Source: Phycisphaera mikurensis (lineage in GTDB: Bacteria; Planctomycetota; B15-G4; JADJEK01). From it: a DNA stretch of 48,774 nucleotides. The translations under genes and the position numbers were made by a program. This document shows, piece by piece, positions 27,564 to 36,189 of this stretch; within the stretch, counting starts at the first letter, position 1, and the number at the start of each line of letters is the position of its first letter. The DNA lies in assembly GCA_020723465.1 (NCBI GenBank), contig DYIW01000004.1, positions 1-48,774 of the forward strand, given 5' to 3'. Under the pieces are notes generated by a model. The model was given only the letters and a program-made list of their open reading frames with translations, ran no database searches and was not told the origin of the DNA.

Positions 27564-29213
27564 ATGACCCGCAAGCTGCTCGGCCAGATCCTCGTCGAGA
27601 TGGGCGCCGTTGACGAACAGGCCCTGGCGAAGGCTCTCAACTACCAGAAGGGCAAGAAGCTGCGCGTCGGCGAGGCGCTCGTGGCGCTGGGCCTCTGCCA
27701 GGAGGAGCAGGTGGCGAAGGCGCTGGCCCAGCAGGCGCAGCTCCCGTACGTCGACCTGCGCAAGGGCAAGGTACCGGAACCGATCATCCGCCTGGTCCCG
27801 CGGCAGCTCGTGGAGGAGCAGAACTTCCTGCCCCTGGTGGAGAAGAAGGGCAAGCTCATCGTCGCCCTGGATGATCCGCTGCGCGTCTTCGAGCTGGACA
27901 ACCTGGGCTTCCTCTTGAACCGCGAGCTGGGCGCGGCCATCGCCTCGCCCACGGCGCTCAAGGCGGCCATTCGCGAGGCGTACGGCCTGGGCGGGGCGGA
28001 CGAACCGGCGCAAGCGGCCGCGCGCGGCGACGACTCCGCGGACGACGCGCCCATCATCCGCCTGGTGCAGAAGATGGTGGAGGCCGCGCTGGAGGAGCGC
28101 GCGTCGGACATCCACGTCGAACCGTTCGCGGACCGGGTGCGCGTGCGCTACCGCGTGGACGGCGTGCTGGCCGAGCGCACCAGCCACCCTTCCCACCTGC
28201 ACGCGCCCCTCCTGTCGCGCCTCAAGCTCATGGCGAACATGGACATCGCGGAGAAGCGCAAGCCTCAGGACGGGCGCATCGGCATGAGGGTGCAAGGGCG
28301 CGATCTCGACATCCGCGCCTCGGTGCTGCCGGCGAACCACGGCGAATCGATGGTCATGCGCATCCTCGACCAGGAGCGCGGCCTGGTGTCGCTCGAGGAG
28401 CTCGGCTTCGACGCCGCGGACTACGCGCGCTTCCGCTCCATCATCCGCCGGCCGAACGGCATCTTCCTGGTCACCGGGCCGACCGGTTCCGGCAAGACGA
28501 CCACCCTGTACGCGGCCCTCAAGGAGCTGAACCGGCCGGACGTCAAGATCATCACCGCCGAGGACCCGGTGGAGTACCAGCTCGAGGGCATCAACCAGTG
28601 CCAGGTGCGAGGGAAGATCGGCCTCGACTTCGCGCGCATCCTGCGCGCCATGCTGCGCCAGGCGCCCAACATCATCCTGGTCGGCGAGATCCGCGATCGC
28701 GAGACCGCGGAGATCGCGGTGCAGGCGGCGCTGACCGGTCACCTGGTGTTCTCCACGCTGCACACCAACGACGCTCCCTCGGCGCTGACGCGCCTCATCG
28801 ACATGGGCATCAAGCCCTTCCTGGTGTCCGCCTCGGTGCAGGCGGTCATGGCGCAGCGGCTGGTGCGCGTGCTCTGCCCGCACTGCCGCCAGCCGCACCG
28901 GCCGGAGGAGAGCGAACTGCGCGCCATCGGCCTCGACGCGGAGGCGACGCGCGGGCGCCAGCTCTACCGCGCGGAGGGATGCGCGCGCTGCGACCGCACC
29001 GGCTTCCGTGGCCGCGTGGGCGTGTTCGAGCTCTTGGAGATGGACTCCGGCTTGCGCGAGCTGGTCTTCCAGGGCGCGGCCACGCACGTGGTGCGCGAGC
29101 GCGCCCGCGCCAGCGGCCGCATGACGACGCTGCTCGAGGACGGAGCGCGCAAGGTCGTGAACGGCACGACCACCGTGCCCGAGATCCTGCGCATCGCGCA
29201 TTCGCTGGAATGA
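27564..29213 (+). CDS. pilB: type IV pilus assembly / type II secretion ATPase (GspE/PilB family), paralog 1
   Basis: Trimmed to the ATG at 27564. 549 aa. N-terminal MshEN-type motifs, Walker A GPTGSGKTTTLYA, Asp box, Walker B IILVGEIRD, His box TGHLVFSTLHTND, tetracysteine CPHC...CARC. Confidence 0.9.
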   Translation: MTRKLLGQILVEMGAVDEQALAKALNYQKGKKLRVGEALVALGLCQEEQVAKALAQQAQLPYVDLRKGKVPEPIIRLVPRQLVEEQNFLPLVEKKGKLIVALDDPLRVFELDNLGFLLNRELGAAIASPTALKAAIREAYGLGGADEPAQAAARGDDSADDAPIIRLVQKMVEAALEERASDIHVEPFADRVRVRYRVDGVLAERTSHPSHLHAPLLSRLKLMANMDIAEKRKPQDGRIGMRVQGRDLDIRASVLPANHGESMVMRILDQERGLVSLEELGFDAADYARFRSIIRRPNGIFLVTGPTGSGKTTTLYAALKELNRPDVKIITAEDPVEYQLEGINQCQVRGKIGLDFARILRAMLRQAPNIILVGEIRDRETAEIAVQAALTGHLVFSTLHTNDAPSALTRLIDMGIKPFLVSASVQAVMAQRLVRVLCPHCRQPHRPEESELRAIGLDAEATRGRQLYRAEGCARCDRTGFRGRVGVFELLEMDSGLRELVFQGAATHVVRERARASGRMTTLLEDGARKVVNGTTTVPEILRIAHSLE

Positions 29214-29244
29214 GAGGCTGACCGCCACTTCCTGGGAGCGCCGC

Positions 29245-30330
29245 GTGAACTTCGATCTGAAGAAACTGATGCTGACCACGATCGAGGCCAACGGCTCCGA
29301 CCTGCACCTCACGGTCGGCCGGCCGCCGGTCATCCGCCTGCACGGGCGGCTGCGCTCGCTCGACCTGCCGGACCTGACGGCGGCGGACACGCGCGCTCTG
29401 GTCAAGGAGCTGGCCCCGGCGGGCAAGTGGGACGAGCTGGAGCGGGTCGGCACCTCGGACTTCGCCGTCGCCTTCGAGGAGCGGGCGCGCTTCCGCTGTT
29501 CGATTTTCAAGGAGAAGGGCAACTACGGAGCGGCCCTGCGCCTCATCCCGAGCACGCTGCTCACCTTCGAGGAGATCGGTCTGCCGGCGAGCGTGCGCGA
29601 CCTGCTCAATCAGCCGCGCGGTCTGGTCCTGGTGACCGGTCCCACCGGCTCGGGCAAGACCACCACGCTGGCCACGATGGTGGACTACATCAACCGCACG
29701 TACGACCAGCACATCATCACCATCGAGGACCCGATCGAGTACTACCACACGCACCGCAAGTCGTTGATCATGCAGCGCGAGGTGGGCCGCGACGTGCCGG
29801 GCTTCGCCGAGGCGCTGCGCCGCGGGCTGCGCCAGGATCCGGACGTGATGCTGCTGGGCGAGATGCGCGACAACGAGACGATCAGCACGGCGATCACGGC
29901 GGCCGAGACCGGCCATCTGGTGTTCGCCACCCTGCACACCACCGGGTCGGCACGCACCGTGGACCGCATCATCGACAGCTTCCCGCACGAGCAGCAGGAG
30001 CAGATTCGCGCCCAGCTCGCGGTCGCCCTGCTGGCGGTGATCTCGCAGGTGCTGATGCCGCGCGCCGACGGAAAGGGACGCGTGGCCGCCTTCGAGATCC
30101 TGGTGAGCACGCCGGCCGTGGAGAACCACATCCGCAAGAACGAGACCTTCAAGATCCCGTCGGTGATCCAGACCTCGCGCAAGCTGGGTATGCTGCTCCT
30201 CGACGACCACCTGCTCGAGCTGGTGAAGAAGGGCGCGATTACCAAGGAGACGGCGCTCGAGTACTGCATGAACCGCAACGACTTCTCCGGGAAGCTCGGC
30301 CTCCCGGCGGCGCCAGAGGGCAGGACATGA
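29245..30330 (+). CDS. pilT: type IV pilus retraction ATPase PilT
   Basis: 361 aa, GTG start with GGGAG upstream. ANGSDLHLTVGRPP, Walker A GPTGSGKTTTLATM, MLLGEMRD, TGHLVFATLHT, PilT-type AVENHIRKNE helix. Confidence 0.9.
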   Translation: MNFDLKKLMLTTIEANGSDLHLTVGRPPVIRLHGRLRSLDLPDLTAADTRALVKELAPAGKWDELERVGTSDFAVAFEERARFRCSIFKEKGNYGAALRLIPSTLLTFEEIGLPASVRDLLNQPRGLVLVTGPTGSGKTTTLATMVDYINRTYDQHIITIEDPIEYYHTHRKSLIMQREVGRDVPGFAEALRRGLRQDPDVMLLGEMRDNETISTAITAAETGHLVFATLHTTGSARTVDRIIDSFPHEQQEQIRAQLAVALLAVISQVLMPRADGKGRVAAFEILVSTPAVENHIRKNETFKIPSVIQTSRKLGMLLLDDHLLELVKKGAITKETALEYCMNRNDFSGKLGLPAAPEGRT

Positions 30331-32021
30331 CCGCCCGCAAGCTCCTCGGGCAGATCTTGAAGGAAATGGGGAAGGTCCACGAGGGCCAGATTCAGGAGGC
30401 GCTGGCGGAGCAGCGCAAGGGCGGCGGCGCCATCGGCGAGATCCTGGTGCGCATGGGCGCGATCGGGCGGGCGGATCTGGCCAAGGCGCTGGGCCTCCAG
30501 GCCGGCATGACGGTGGTCGATCTCTCGACGCTGCAGATCGCCCCCGAGGCGCTCGCCAAGATCGACGCCTCGACCGCGACCCTGCTGCGCGTCCTGCCGG
30601 TGCGTCTGGAGGGGGGAGTGCTGACCGTGGCCCTGGCCGACCCGCTGAACGCGAGCTGCCTGGACGAGCTGCGCTTCCTGTCCGGGTGCGAGGTGAAGGG
30701 GGCGATCGCCGACGGCGCCGCGCTGGAGCAGGCGCTGGAGAAGCACTACGGCACGCAGGACGCGCGGAAGGGCATGGGCGCGGCGGTGGACGAGCTCAAG
30801 CGCGATGCCTTGAGCGGCGCGCTCGACCTCGAGGACCGCTCCGCGCTGGCGCACGCCGCCCCGGTGGTGAAGCTCCTCAACTACATCCTCTTCCAGGCGA
30901 TCAAGGAGCGCGCCTCCGACATCCACCTGGAGCCGTTCGGCGGGGAGTTCAAGGTGCGCTACCGCGTGGACGGCGTCCTCTACGAGATGGAGCCGCCGCC
31001 GGTGACGCTCGCCGTGCCGCTGATCTCGCGCGTCAAGGTGATGGCCAACCTGGACATCGCCGAGACGCGCATTCCGCAGGACGGCAGGATCGAGCTGGCC
31101 ATCGGCGGGCGGCCGGTCGACCTGCGCGTGTCGACGCTGCCGACCGTGTACGGCGAGTCGTGCGTGATGCGCGTGCTCGACCGCAGCATCGTGCATCTCG
31201 ACCTGGAGAACCTGGGGCTGCGCGGCGAGCAGCTCGCCGTGGTGCGCCGCCTGGCGCAACTGCCGAACGGCATCGTGCTGGTGACCGGGCCGACCGGCTC
31301 GGGCAAGACCACGACGCTCTACTCGGTCCTGCAGGAGTCGAACTCGATCGAGGTGAAGATCATCACCACCGAGGACCCGGTCGAGTACGATCTCGAGGGG
31401 ATCGTGCAGATCCCGATCAACGAGGAGATCGGGGTGACCTACGCCAAGGTCCTGCGCACCATCCTGCGCCAGGACCCGGACGTGATCCTGGTGGGCGAGA
31501 TCCGCGACCGCGAGACGGCGCAGATTGCCGTGGAGGCGGCTCTCACTGGCCACCTGGTCTTCTCCACCCTGCACACCAACGACGCTCCATCGGCGGTGAT
31601 GCGCCTCATCGACATCGGCGTCGAACCGTTCCTGATCGCCGCGACCCTGCAGGCGGTCGTGGCGCAGCGCCTGGTGCGCCGCATCTGCCGCGACTGCCGC
31701 GAGTGGTACGACCCCGATCCGGAGCTGCTGAGCGAGCTGGAGCTGGACGCGGCGAGCGTCGGCGGCAAGAAGCTCGCCCGCGGGCGCGGCTGCGAGAACT
31801 GCAACCACTCGGGCTTCAAAGGCCGCCTGGGCCTGTTCGAGATCATGCTGGTGACCGAACGCATCAAGCGCGCGCTGCTGGAGCATGCCTCGTCCACGCG
31901 GCTGCGCTCCCTGGTCATCGAGGAGGGCATGCGCCCCTTGCGCGAGGCGGGCCTCTTGGCCATCTTCGACGGAGAGACCACCGTCGAGGAAGTGCTGCGC
32001 GAGACGGTCGTGGAAAGGTGA
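30327..32021 (+). CDS. pilB: type IV pilus assembly / type II secretion ATPase (GspE/PilB family), paralog 2
   Basis: The ATG at 30327 overlaps the pilT stop (ATGA). 564 aa. N-terminal MshEN-type motifs, Walker A GPTGSGKTTTLYS, ILVGEIRD, TGHLVFSTLHTND, tetracysteine CRDC...CENC. Confidence 0.9.
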   Translation: MTARKLLGQILKEMGKVHEGQIQEALAEQRKGGGAIGEILVRMGAIGRADLAKALGLQAGMTVVDLSTLQIAPEALAKIDASTATLLRVLPVRLEGGVLTVALADPLNASCLDELRFLSGCEVKGAIADGAALEQALEKHYGTQDARKGMGAAVDELKRDALSGALDLEDRSALAHAAPVVKLLNYILFQAIKERASDIHLEPFGGEFKVRYRVDGVLYEMEPPPVTLAVPLISRVKVMANLDIAETRIPQDGRIELAIGGRPVDLRVSTLPTVYGESCVMRVLDRSIVHLDLENLGLRGEQLAVVRRLAQLPNGIVLVTGPTGSGKTTTLYSVLQESNSIEVKIITTEDPVEYDLEGIVQIPINEEIGVTYAKVLRTILRQDPDVILVGEIRDRETAQIAVEAALTGHLVFSTLHTNDAPSAVMRLIDIGVEPFLIAATLQAVVAQRLVRRICRDCREWYDPDPELLSELELDAASVGGKKLARGRGCENCNHSGFKGRLGLFEIMLVTERIKRALLEHASSTRLRSLVIEEGMRPLREAGLLAIFDGETTVEEVLRETVVER

Positions 32022-32033
32022 CGGAGGCGCCCC

Positions 32034-33179
32034 ATGCCGGCCAAGATCGAGCGCAAGAGAACGCAGGAGGCGGCGCCGCGGCGCGCGCCGGGCGCCGCGC
32101 CGCGCCCCGAGTCGCGCCCTGGCCGCTCTCTCTTCGGTGGCCGCGTCGCGGCCAAGCGGCTCATGCAGTTCACCACGCAGCTCGCCATCCTGCAGGGGGC
32201 GGGAATCACGATCGTGCGCTCGCTGCGGGTGTGCGAGGGCCAGCTCCGCCCGGGCCCGCTCAAGACCGTGGTCGGGGCGGTGGCGGACGACGTCGAGGGG
32301 GGCGCCGCGTTGTCCGAGGCCCTGGCCAAGCACCCGGCGGTGTTCGACCGGCTCTACGTCAACATGGTGCGCGCGGGCGAGAAGGGGGGGATCCTCGACG
32401 GCATCCTGGCGCGCCTCGCCGACTTCGCCGAGAAGAGCGAACGCATCAAGGCGAAGATCAAGGAAGCACTCACCTACCCGGTGGTGGTGCTGCTCTTCGC
32501 TTTCGGCGTGGTGGCGTTCATCATGATCGTCATCGTGCCCAAGTTCGAGGAGATCTTCCGCACCTTCGGCGAGGACCTGCCGGCGGTGACCAAGCTCCTC
32601 ATCCAGGTATCGCGCGGCTTCGCCCGCCACTGGTACCTGGTCATCGGCCTGCCCGTGTTGCTCTACACGGGCTACCGCCTGCTGCTGCGCCTGCCCCGCT
32701 TCCTGTACGCGGTGGATCGGCTGAAGCTGCGCGCGCCCATCGCCGGCGGCCTGATCGAGAAGACGATCGTCGCGCGCTTCTCCCGCACGCTGGGCACGCT
32801 GCTCGGCGCGGGCGTGCCGATCCTCGAGGCGCTGGACATCGTGCAGGCGTCGATCCCGAACGCGGTGCTGGCGGGCGCGGTGGGCGACGTGCGGGCGAGC
32901 GTGCGCGAGGGCGAGACCATGGCGGCGCCGCTGCTCGAGTCGCGCATCTTCGACGACTTGGTGGTGAACATGATCGACGTGGGCGAGGCCACGGGCTCGC
33001 TCGACAAGATGCTGCTCAAGATCGCGGACACCTACGAGGCCGAGGTGGACACGCGCGTGGGCGCGCTCTTCAAGCTCATGGAGCCGATCCTGCTGCTGGT
33101 CCTGGCGGGCGTGGTCGGCTTCATCGTCGTGGCGTTGTTCCTGCCGATCCTCAAGGTGATGGACCAGTTCGCCAAGTAG
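32034..33179 (+). CDS. pilC: type IV pilus / T2SS platform protein (GspF/PilC family)
   Basis: 381 aa. Two T2SSF repeats (FTTQLAILQGAGITIVRSL... and FSRTLGTLLGAGVPILEAL...), three TM segments. GGAGG upstream. Confidence 0.9.
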   Translation: MPAKIERKRTQEAAPRRAPGAAPRPESRPGRSLFGGRVAAKRLMQFTTQLAILQGAGITIVRSLRVCEGQLRPGPLKTVVGAVADDVEGGAALSEALAKHPAVFDRLYVNMVRAGEKGGILDGILARLADFAEKSERIKAKIKEALTYPVVVLLFAFGVVAFIMIVIVPKFEEIFRTFGEDLPAVTKLLIQVSRGFARHWYLVIGLPVLLYTGYRLLLRLPRFLYAVDRLKLRAPIAGGLIEKTIVARFSRTLGTLLGAGVPILEALDIVQASIPNAVLAGAVGDVRASVREGETMAAPLLESRIFDDLVVNMIDVGEATGSLDKMLLKIADTYEAEVDTRVGALFKLMEPILLLVLAGVVGFIVVALFLPILKVMDQFAK

Positions 33180-33197
33180 CACGGAGGCGGAGGCGCC

Positions 33198-34715
33198 GTG
33201 TCGCTGCGCGTCAGACTGCTGCTGGGCATCGCGCTGGTCAACGTCGCCGCCTTCTGGGTGCTGGCGGTGGCCGTGGTGCGCGATGCCGAGAGCCGCAACC
33301 GGGCGCGCGCCCGCATCCAGGAGGAGGTGCGCGACACCTTCGTCGGCCTGGTGCGCGAGTTCTACGTCTCCTTCTTCGAGGAGATCGACTTCGGCCGCTT
33401 CGACGAGAGTGGCGCGCGGGTGCCGCAGATCGCGGAGCTGCTCGACGGCCGCTACTGGAAGTACGCGGACGACGCGTACATCACCAACCTGGTGCACCGG
33501 GTGGGCGAGGGCATCGCCTCCGGGGAGATCGGGCTCAATCCGCTGGGCGCGTACGACGCCGAATCGGCGCGGCTGCGCAAGCAGGCGCTGCGGCTCATGG
33601 CGACGGCCTACACCACGCAGCAGCCGGTTCCCGAGGGCGAGGTGGTGGCGCTGCCGCTGTTCCGCGGGCGCGAGCCGCAGCGCGAGCGCTGGGGCGCGGC
33701 CTACATCCGGGTGAAGGTGCCGCCGCTGCCGATCCTGCCGTCCGGTCTGGGGCTGCCGATGCTGGCCGCGGCGCTGGGCAGCGCCACGCTCGTCGCCATG
33801 GGGCTGGTCTTCCTGCTGCTGCACGCGCTGGTGCTCAGCCCCCTGCGCCTCATCTCCGCCGGCGCGGAGCGGGTCGGGCGCGGGGACTTCGCGACTCCCG
33901 TCCCGCTGACCGGCAAGGGCGACGAGATCGACGATCTCATTCTCGGCTTCAACGGCATGATGGCCGAGATCGGGCAGAAGCGCGAGGCTCTGGAGCGGCA
34001 GGTGCAGGAAGTGGTGGCGCGCATGCGCCTGACCGAGCGCAGGCTGGTCCTCACCGACCGCCTCGCCGCCATGGGCACGCTCGCGGCCGGGATCGCGCAC
34101 GAGATCAACAATCCGCTGGGCGGGATGTTGAACGCGGTCGGCGCGCTGCGCCGCAAGGGCGATCTGCCGGCCGGCGCCGACCGCTACATGATGCTGGTCG
34201 AGGACGGGCTGAAGCGCATCGGCGAGGTCGTGCGGCGTACCCTGCGCTTCTCGCCGGGCCGGCGCGGGATCGGCCCGGTGTCGCTCAAGGACGTGCTCGA
34301 CGACGCCGTGCGCTTCGTGAGCCATCGCCTGGCACGCGAGCGGATCGATCTGAGCGAAGCGGCCGATCCAGCTCTGGTCGTGGAAGGGGACGCGGCGGCG
34401 CTCGGGCAGGTCTTCCTCAACCTCATCCTGAACGCAGCCGACGCCATCGGCGGCGAGACGCGCCGCGTGGAGATCCGCGCCTGGCGCGAAGGCGCGGAGG
34501 CGCACATCACGGTCCGGGACACGGGCCGGGGCATGAGCGAGGAGGAGCGCCGCCAGGCGTTCGACCTGTTCTTCACCACCAAGGAGGCCGGCCGGGGCAC
34601 GGGTCTCGGCCTTTCCATCGTGCACCAGATCGTCACCGAGCACGGCGGCAGGGTCGGGATCGAGAGCGAGCCGGGCAGAGGGACGGTGGTGCTGGTCGTG
34701 CTGCCGGCGAAGTAG
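33198..34715 (+). CDS. sensor histidine kinase (2 TM, HAMP, HisKA, HATPase_c)
   Basis: 505 aa, GTG start with GGAGG upstream. H-box AAGIAHEINNPLGG, N-box LNLILNAADA, G1 DTGRGM, G2 GTGLGLSIV. No response-regulator gene is adjacent. Confidence 0.85.
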   Translation: MSLRVRLLLGIALVNVAAFWVLAVAVVRDAESRNRARARIQEEVRDTFVGLVREFYVSFFEEIDFGRFDESGARVPQIAELLDGRYWKYADDAYITNLVHRVGEGIASGEIGLNPLGAYDAESARLRKQALRLMATAYTTQQPVPEGEVVALPLFRGREPQRERWGAAYIRVKVPPLPILPSGLGLPMLAAALGSATLVAMGLVFLLLHALVLSPLRLISAGAERVGRGDFATPVPLTGKGDEIDDLILGFNGMMAEIGQKREALERQVQEVVARMRLTERRLVLTDRLAAMGTLAAGIAHEINNPLGGMLNAVGALRRKGDLPAGADRYMMLVEDGLKRIGEVVRRTLRFSPGRRGIGPVSLKDVLDDAVRFVSHRLARERIDLSEAADPALVVEGDAAALGQVFLNLILNAADAIGGETRRVEIRAWREGAEAHITVRDTGRGMSEEERRQAFDLFFTTKEAGRGTGLGLSIVHQIVTEHGGRVGIESEPGRGTVVLVVLPAK

Positions 34716-34716
34716 G

Positions 34717-34740
34717 GCGCGCCGCCGGGTGACGGCGCGC
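34717..34740 (+). terminator. 8-bp GC hairpin just after the kinase stop codon
   Basis: gcgcgccg / ccgggtga / cggcgcgc, 2 nt after the TAG at 34713-15. There is no U-tract. Confidence 0.3.
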
Positions 34741-34861
34741 GGCGGGCACCGTGGAAGTGCTTGCCAGGAAGGCCCTTGCCTGCGGAAAGCAGCCGCGCTG
34801 CCGCGCCCGCGCAGGCGGAAGAGCGCGCCACCCCTGGCGTTCGCGCAAATCGAAAGTTCTC

Positions 34862-34890
34862 TTGCCGGGAGGTACAAGGACCCCTATTTT
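34862..34890 (+). promoter_or_regulatory. candidate sigma70-type promoter TTGCCG-17-TATTTT
   Basis: Read directly. A locally AT-rich -10 in the 229-nt gap, about 55 nt upstream of the ATG at 34945. Confidence 0.35.
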
Positions 34891-34944
34891 TCGCGCTGAA
34901 GCGCTGGCAGCAGCAGGTTCCGAGAGAGAGCAGCCTCGATCCAC

Positions 34945-35352
34945 ATGAGCGCGCCCCGTCGCATCCTCGACTTCCTGTTCGGCGCCCTGGCCGCGGGCGG
35001 GTTGCTGGGCTGGCTGCTGCACGACGGGGCTGGCGCGGTGCGCGCTCAGGAGAGTGGCGAAGACGGTGACTTCATCATGGCCACCGGCGCGTCGCTGCAG
35101 GGCGGAGCCCTGCTCTTCTTGCTGAACACGCGCACGCGCGTGCTCAACGTGTACGAGGCCGAAGGCGGAACGCGCACCACGCGCGGCCTGACCTTCGTGG
35201 CGTCGCGGAAGATCGAGCGGGATCTGTACGTGACCGGCTACAATGACAAGTCAGAGTACTCCTATCAGGACCTCCTCAAGAGGTTCGAGGTGGAGGAGGC
35301 TCGGTCGAGGGCTCTCGAGACTCCGGGCGCGGGTCCGGAGGACGGGCGCTAG
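34945..35352 (+). CDS. hypothetical small membrane-anchored protein (135 aa)
   Basis: N-terminal hydrophobic segment ILDFLFGALAAGGLLGWLL. Third positions are strongly G/C throughout. No prepilin-type N-terminus and no recognised domain. Confidence 0.55.
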   Translation: MSAPRRILDFLFGALAAGGLLGWLLHDGAGAVRAQESGEDGDFIMATGASLQGGALLFLLNTRTRVLNVYEAEGGTRTTRGLTFVASRKIERDLYVTGYNDKSEYSYQDLLKRFEVEEARSRALETPGAGPEDGR

Positions 35353-35365
35353 GCGACCGGAGCCG

Positions 35366-35385
35366 CTCGCGGGCGCGCCCGCGAG
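35366..35385 (+). terminator. 20-nt perfect palindrome CTCGCGGGCGCGCCCGCGAG
   Basis: Located 14 nt after the TAG of the 135-aa ORF. It could be a hairpin terminator/attenuator or a protein-binding site. Confidence 0.3.
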
Positions 35386-35428
35386 ATCGCTGGATGGATA
35401 GGCGGGGCGACCCGCGCGGAGGCGGCAA

Positions 35429-36025
35429 GTGGCCGAGGACTTCTATTCGTTCGAGAAGGTGCTGCGCGAACTTCATCTGCAGGAGGAGGAGCTGAAGAAG
35501 CTCGTCTCGGAAGGCGAGATCCGCGCCTTCCGTGATGACGACAAGATGAAGTTCAAGAAGGAGGACATCGAGCGCTTCAAGTCCTCCAAGACCGCCCGCG
35601 ACCTCCCGACCATCGAGTCTCCCTCGAGCGAGCTGACCGAGGAGCTCTTCGGCGACGATGCGCTCGAGAGCCTGGACGAGGACGTCGGCATGGTCACGCA
35701 GCAGATCTCCGACTCGTCGTTCCTCGAGGAGGACGCCGGCGAGATCGAGCCGATCGAGCTCGAGTCGGCCCCGGCGGAGGCGGCAGCGGCCGGACGTGGT
35801 GCCGGTGCGCGGCGGCGCACGCAGGCCGCGGCTGGGCGCCCGGCGCGCAGGCGCGCGGAGGGCGAGGAGGCGCCGAGCGAGGGCACTGGAATGCAGGTGC
35901 TCCTGGTCCTCGGCGCCGCCGCCCTGCTCTACGCCTCGATCATGGCCTTCGCCGCCGCCCAGGTGCAGTCCTCGGCGCTGACGAAGGGCTTCGCGGAGTT
36001 CATCAAGAACAGCTTCTTGAACTAG
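35429..36025 (+). CDS. tail-anchored protein with N-terminal excisionase/MerR-like HTH, acidic linker, Arg-rich segment and C-terminal TM
   Basis: 198 aa, GTG start with GGAGG upstream. N-terminus FYSFEKVLRELHLQEEELKKLVSEGEIRAFRDDDKMKFKKEDIERF (HTH_17-like). TM segment MQVLLVLGAAALLYASIMAFAAA near the C-terminus. Confidence 0.6.
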   Translation: MAEDFYSFEKVLRELHLQEEELKKLVSEGEIRAFRDDDKMKFKKEDIERFKSSKTARDLPTIESPSSELTEELFGDDALESLDEDVGMVTQQISDSSFLEEDAGEIEPIELESAPAEAAAAGRGAGARRRTQAAAGRPARRRAEGEEAPSEGTGMQVLLVLGAAALLYASIMAFAAAQVQSSALTKGFAEFIKNSFLN

Positions 36026-36189
36026 CGGCGGAGTCAAGAGAGCTGCAAGAGGCCGGGTGCGGTTCGAGATGGACCGCGCCGCAAAGTTGACAGGAACAGC
36101 TCCACCGGCGGGGCGCCGCCGGAGGAGCGTCGATACCGGATTGTGTCAGCAGGAACCGAGTCCGTTCGCTCGGGGAGGTGTGATCCAAC

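Noticed and set aside
29742-34877. A 1711-aa ORF on the minus strand spanning pilT, pilB2, pilC and the kinase. It is the largest ORF in the window.
   Set aside because: It lies exactly antisense to four genes that each carry full catalytic motif sets. Its translation is an R/A/G/H/D/L-rich low-information string with no recognisable motif. Stop-free antisense frames are expected when third positions of the sense genes are nearly all G/C.
34760-34944. Sigma-54 (-24 GG / -12 GC) promoter candidates upstream of the genes following the pilus operon: TGGAAGTGCTTGCC and TGGCAGCAGCAGGTTCC.
   Set aside because: The first has GG-to-GC spacing 2 nt too short. The second lacks the TTGC -12 element. 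No enhancer-binding protein gene is present in the window.
36056-36080. A GGTTCGAG string, checked as a possible tRNA T-arm (searching for tRNA-Sec near selB and elsewhere).
   Set aside because: The flanking stem (gcggt/accgc) encloses a 9-nt loop rather than a 7-nt T-loop. No acceptor, D or anticodon arms can be drawn. The other GGTTCGA occurrences lie inside coding genes.
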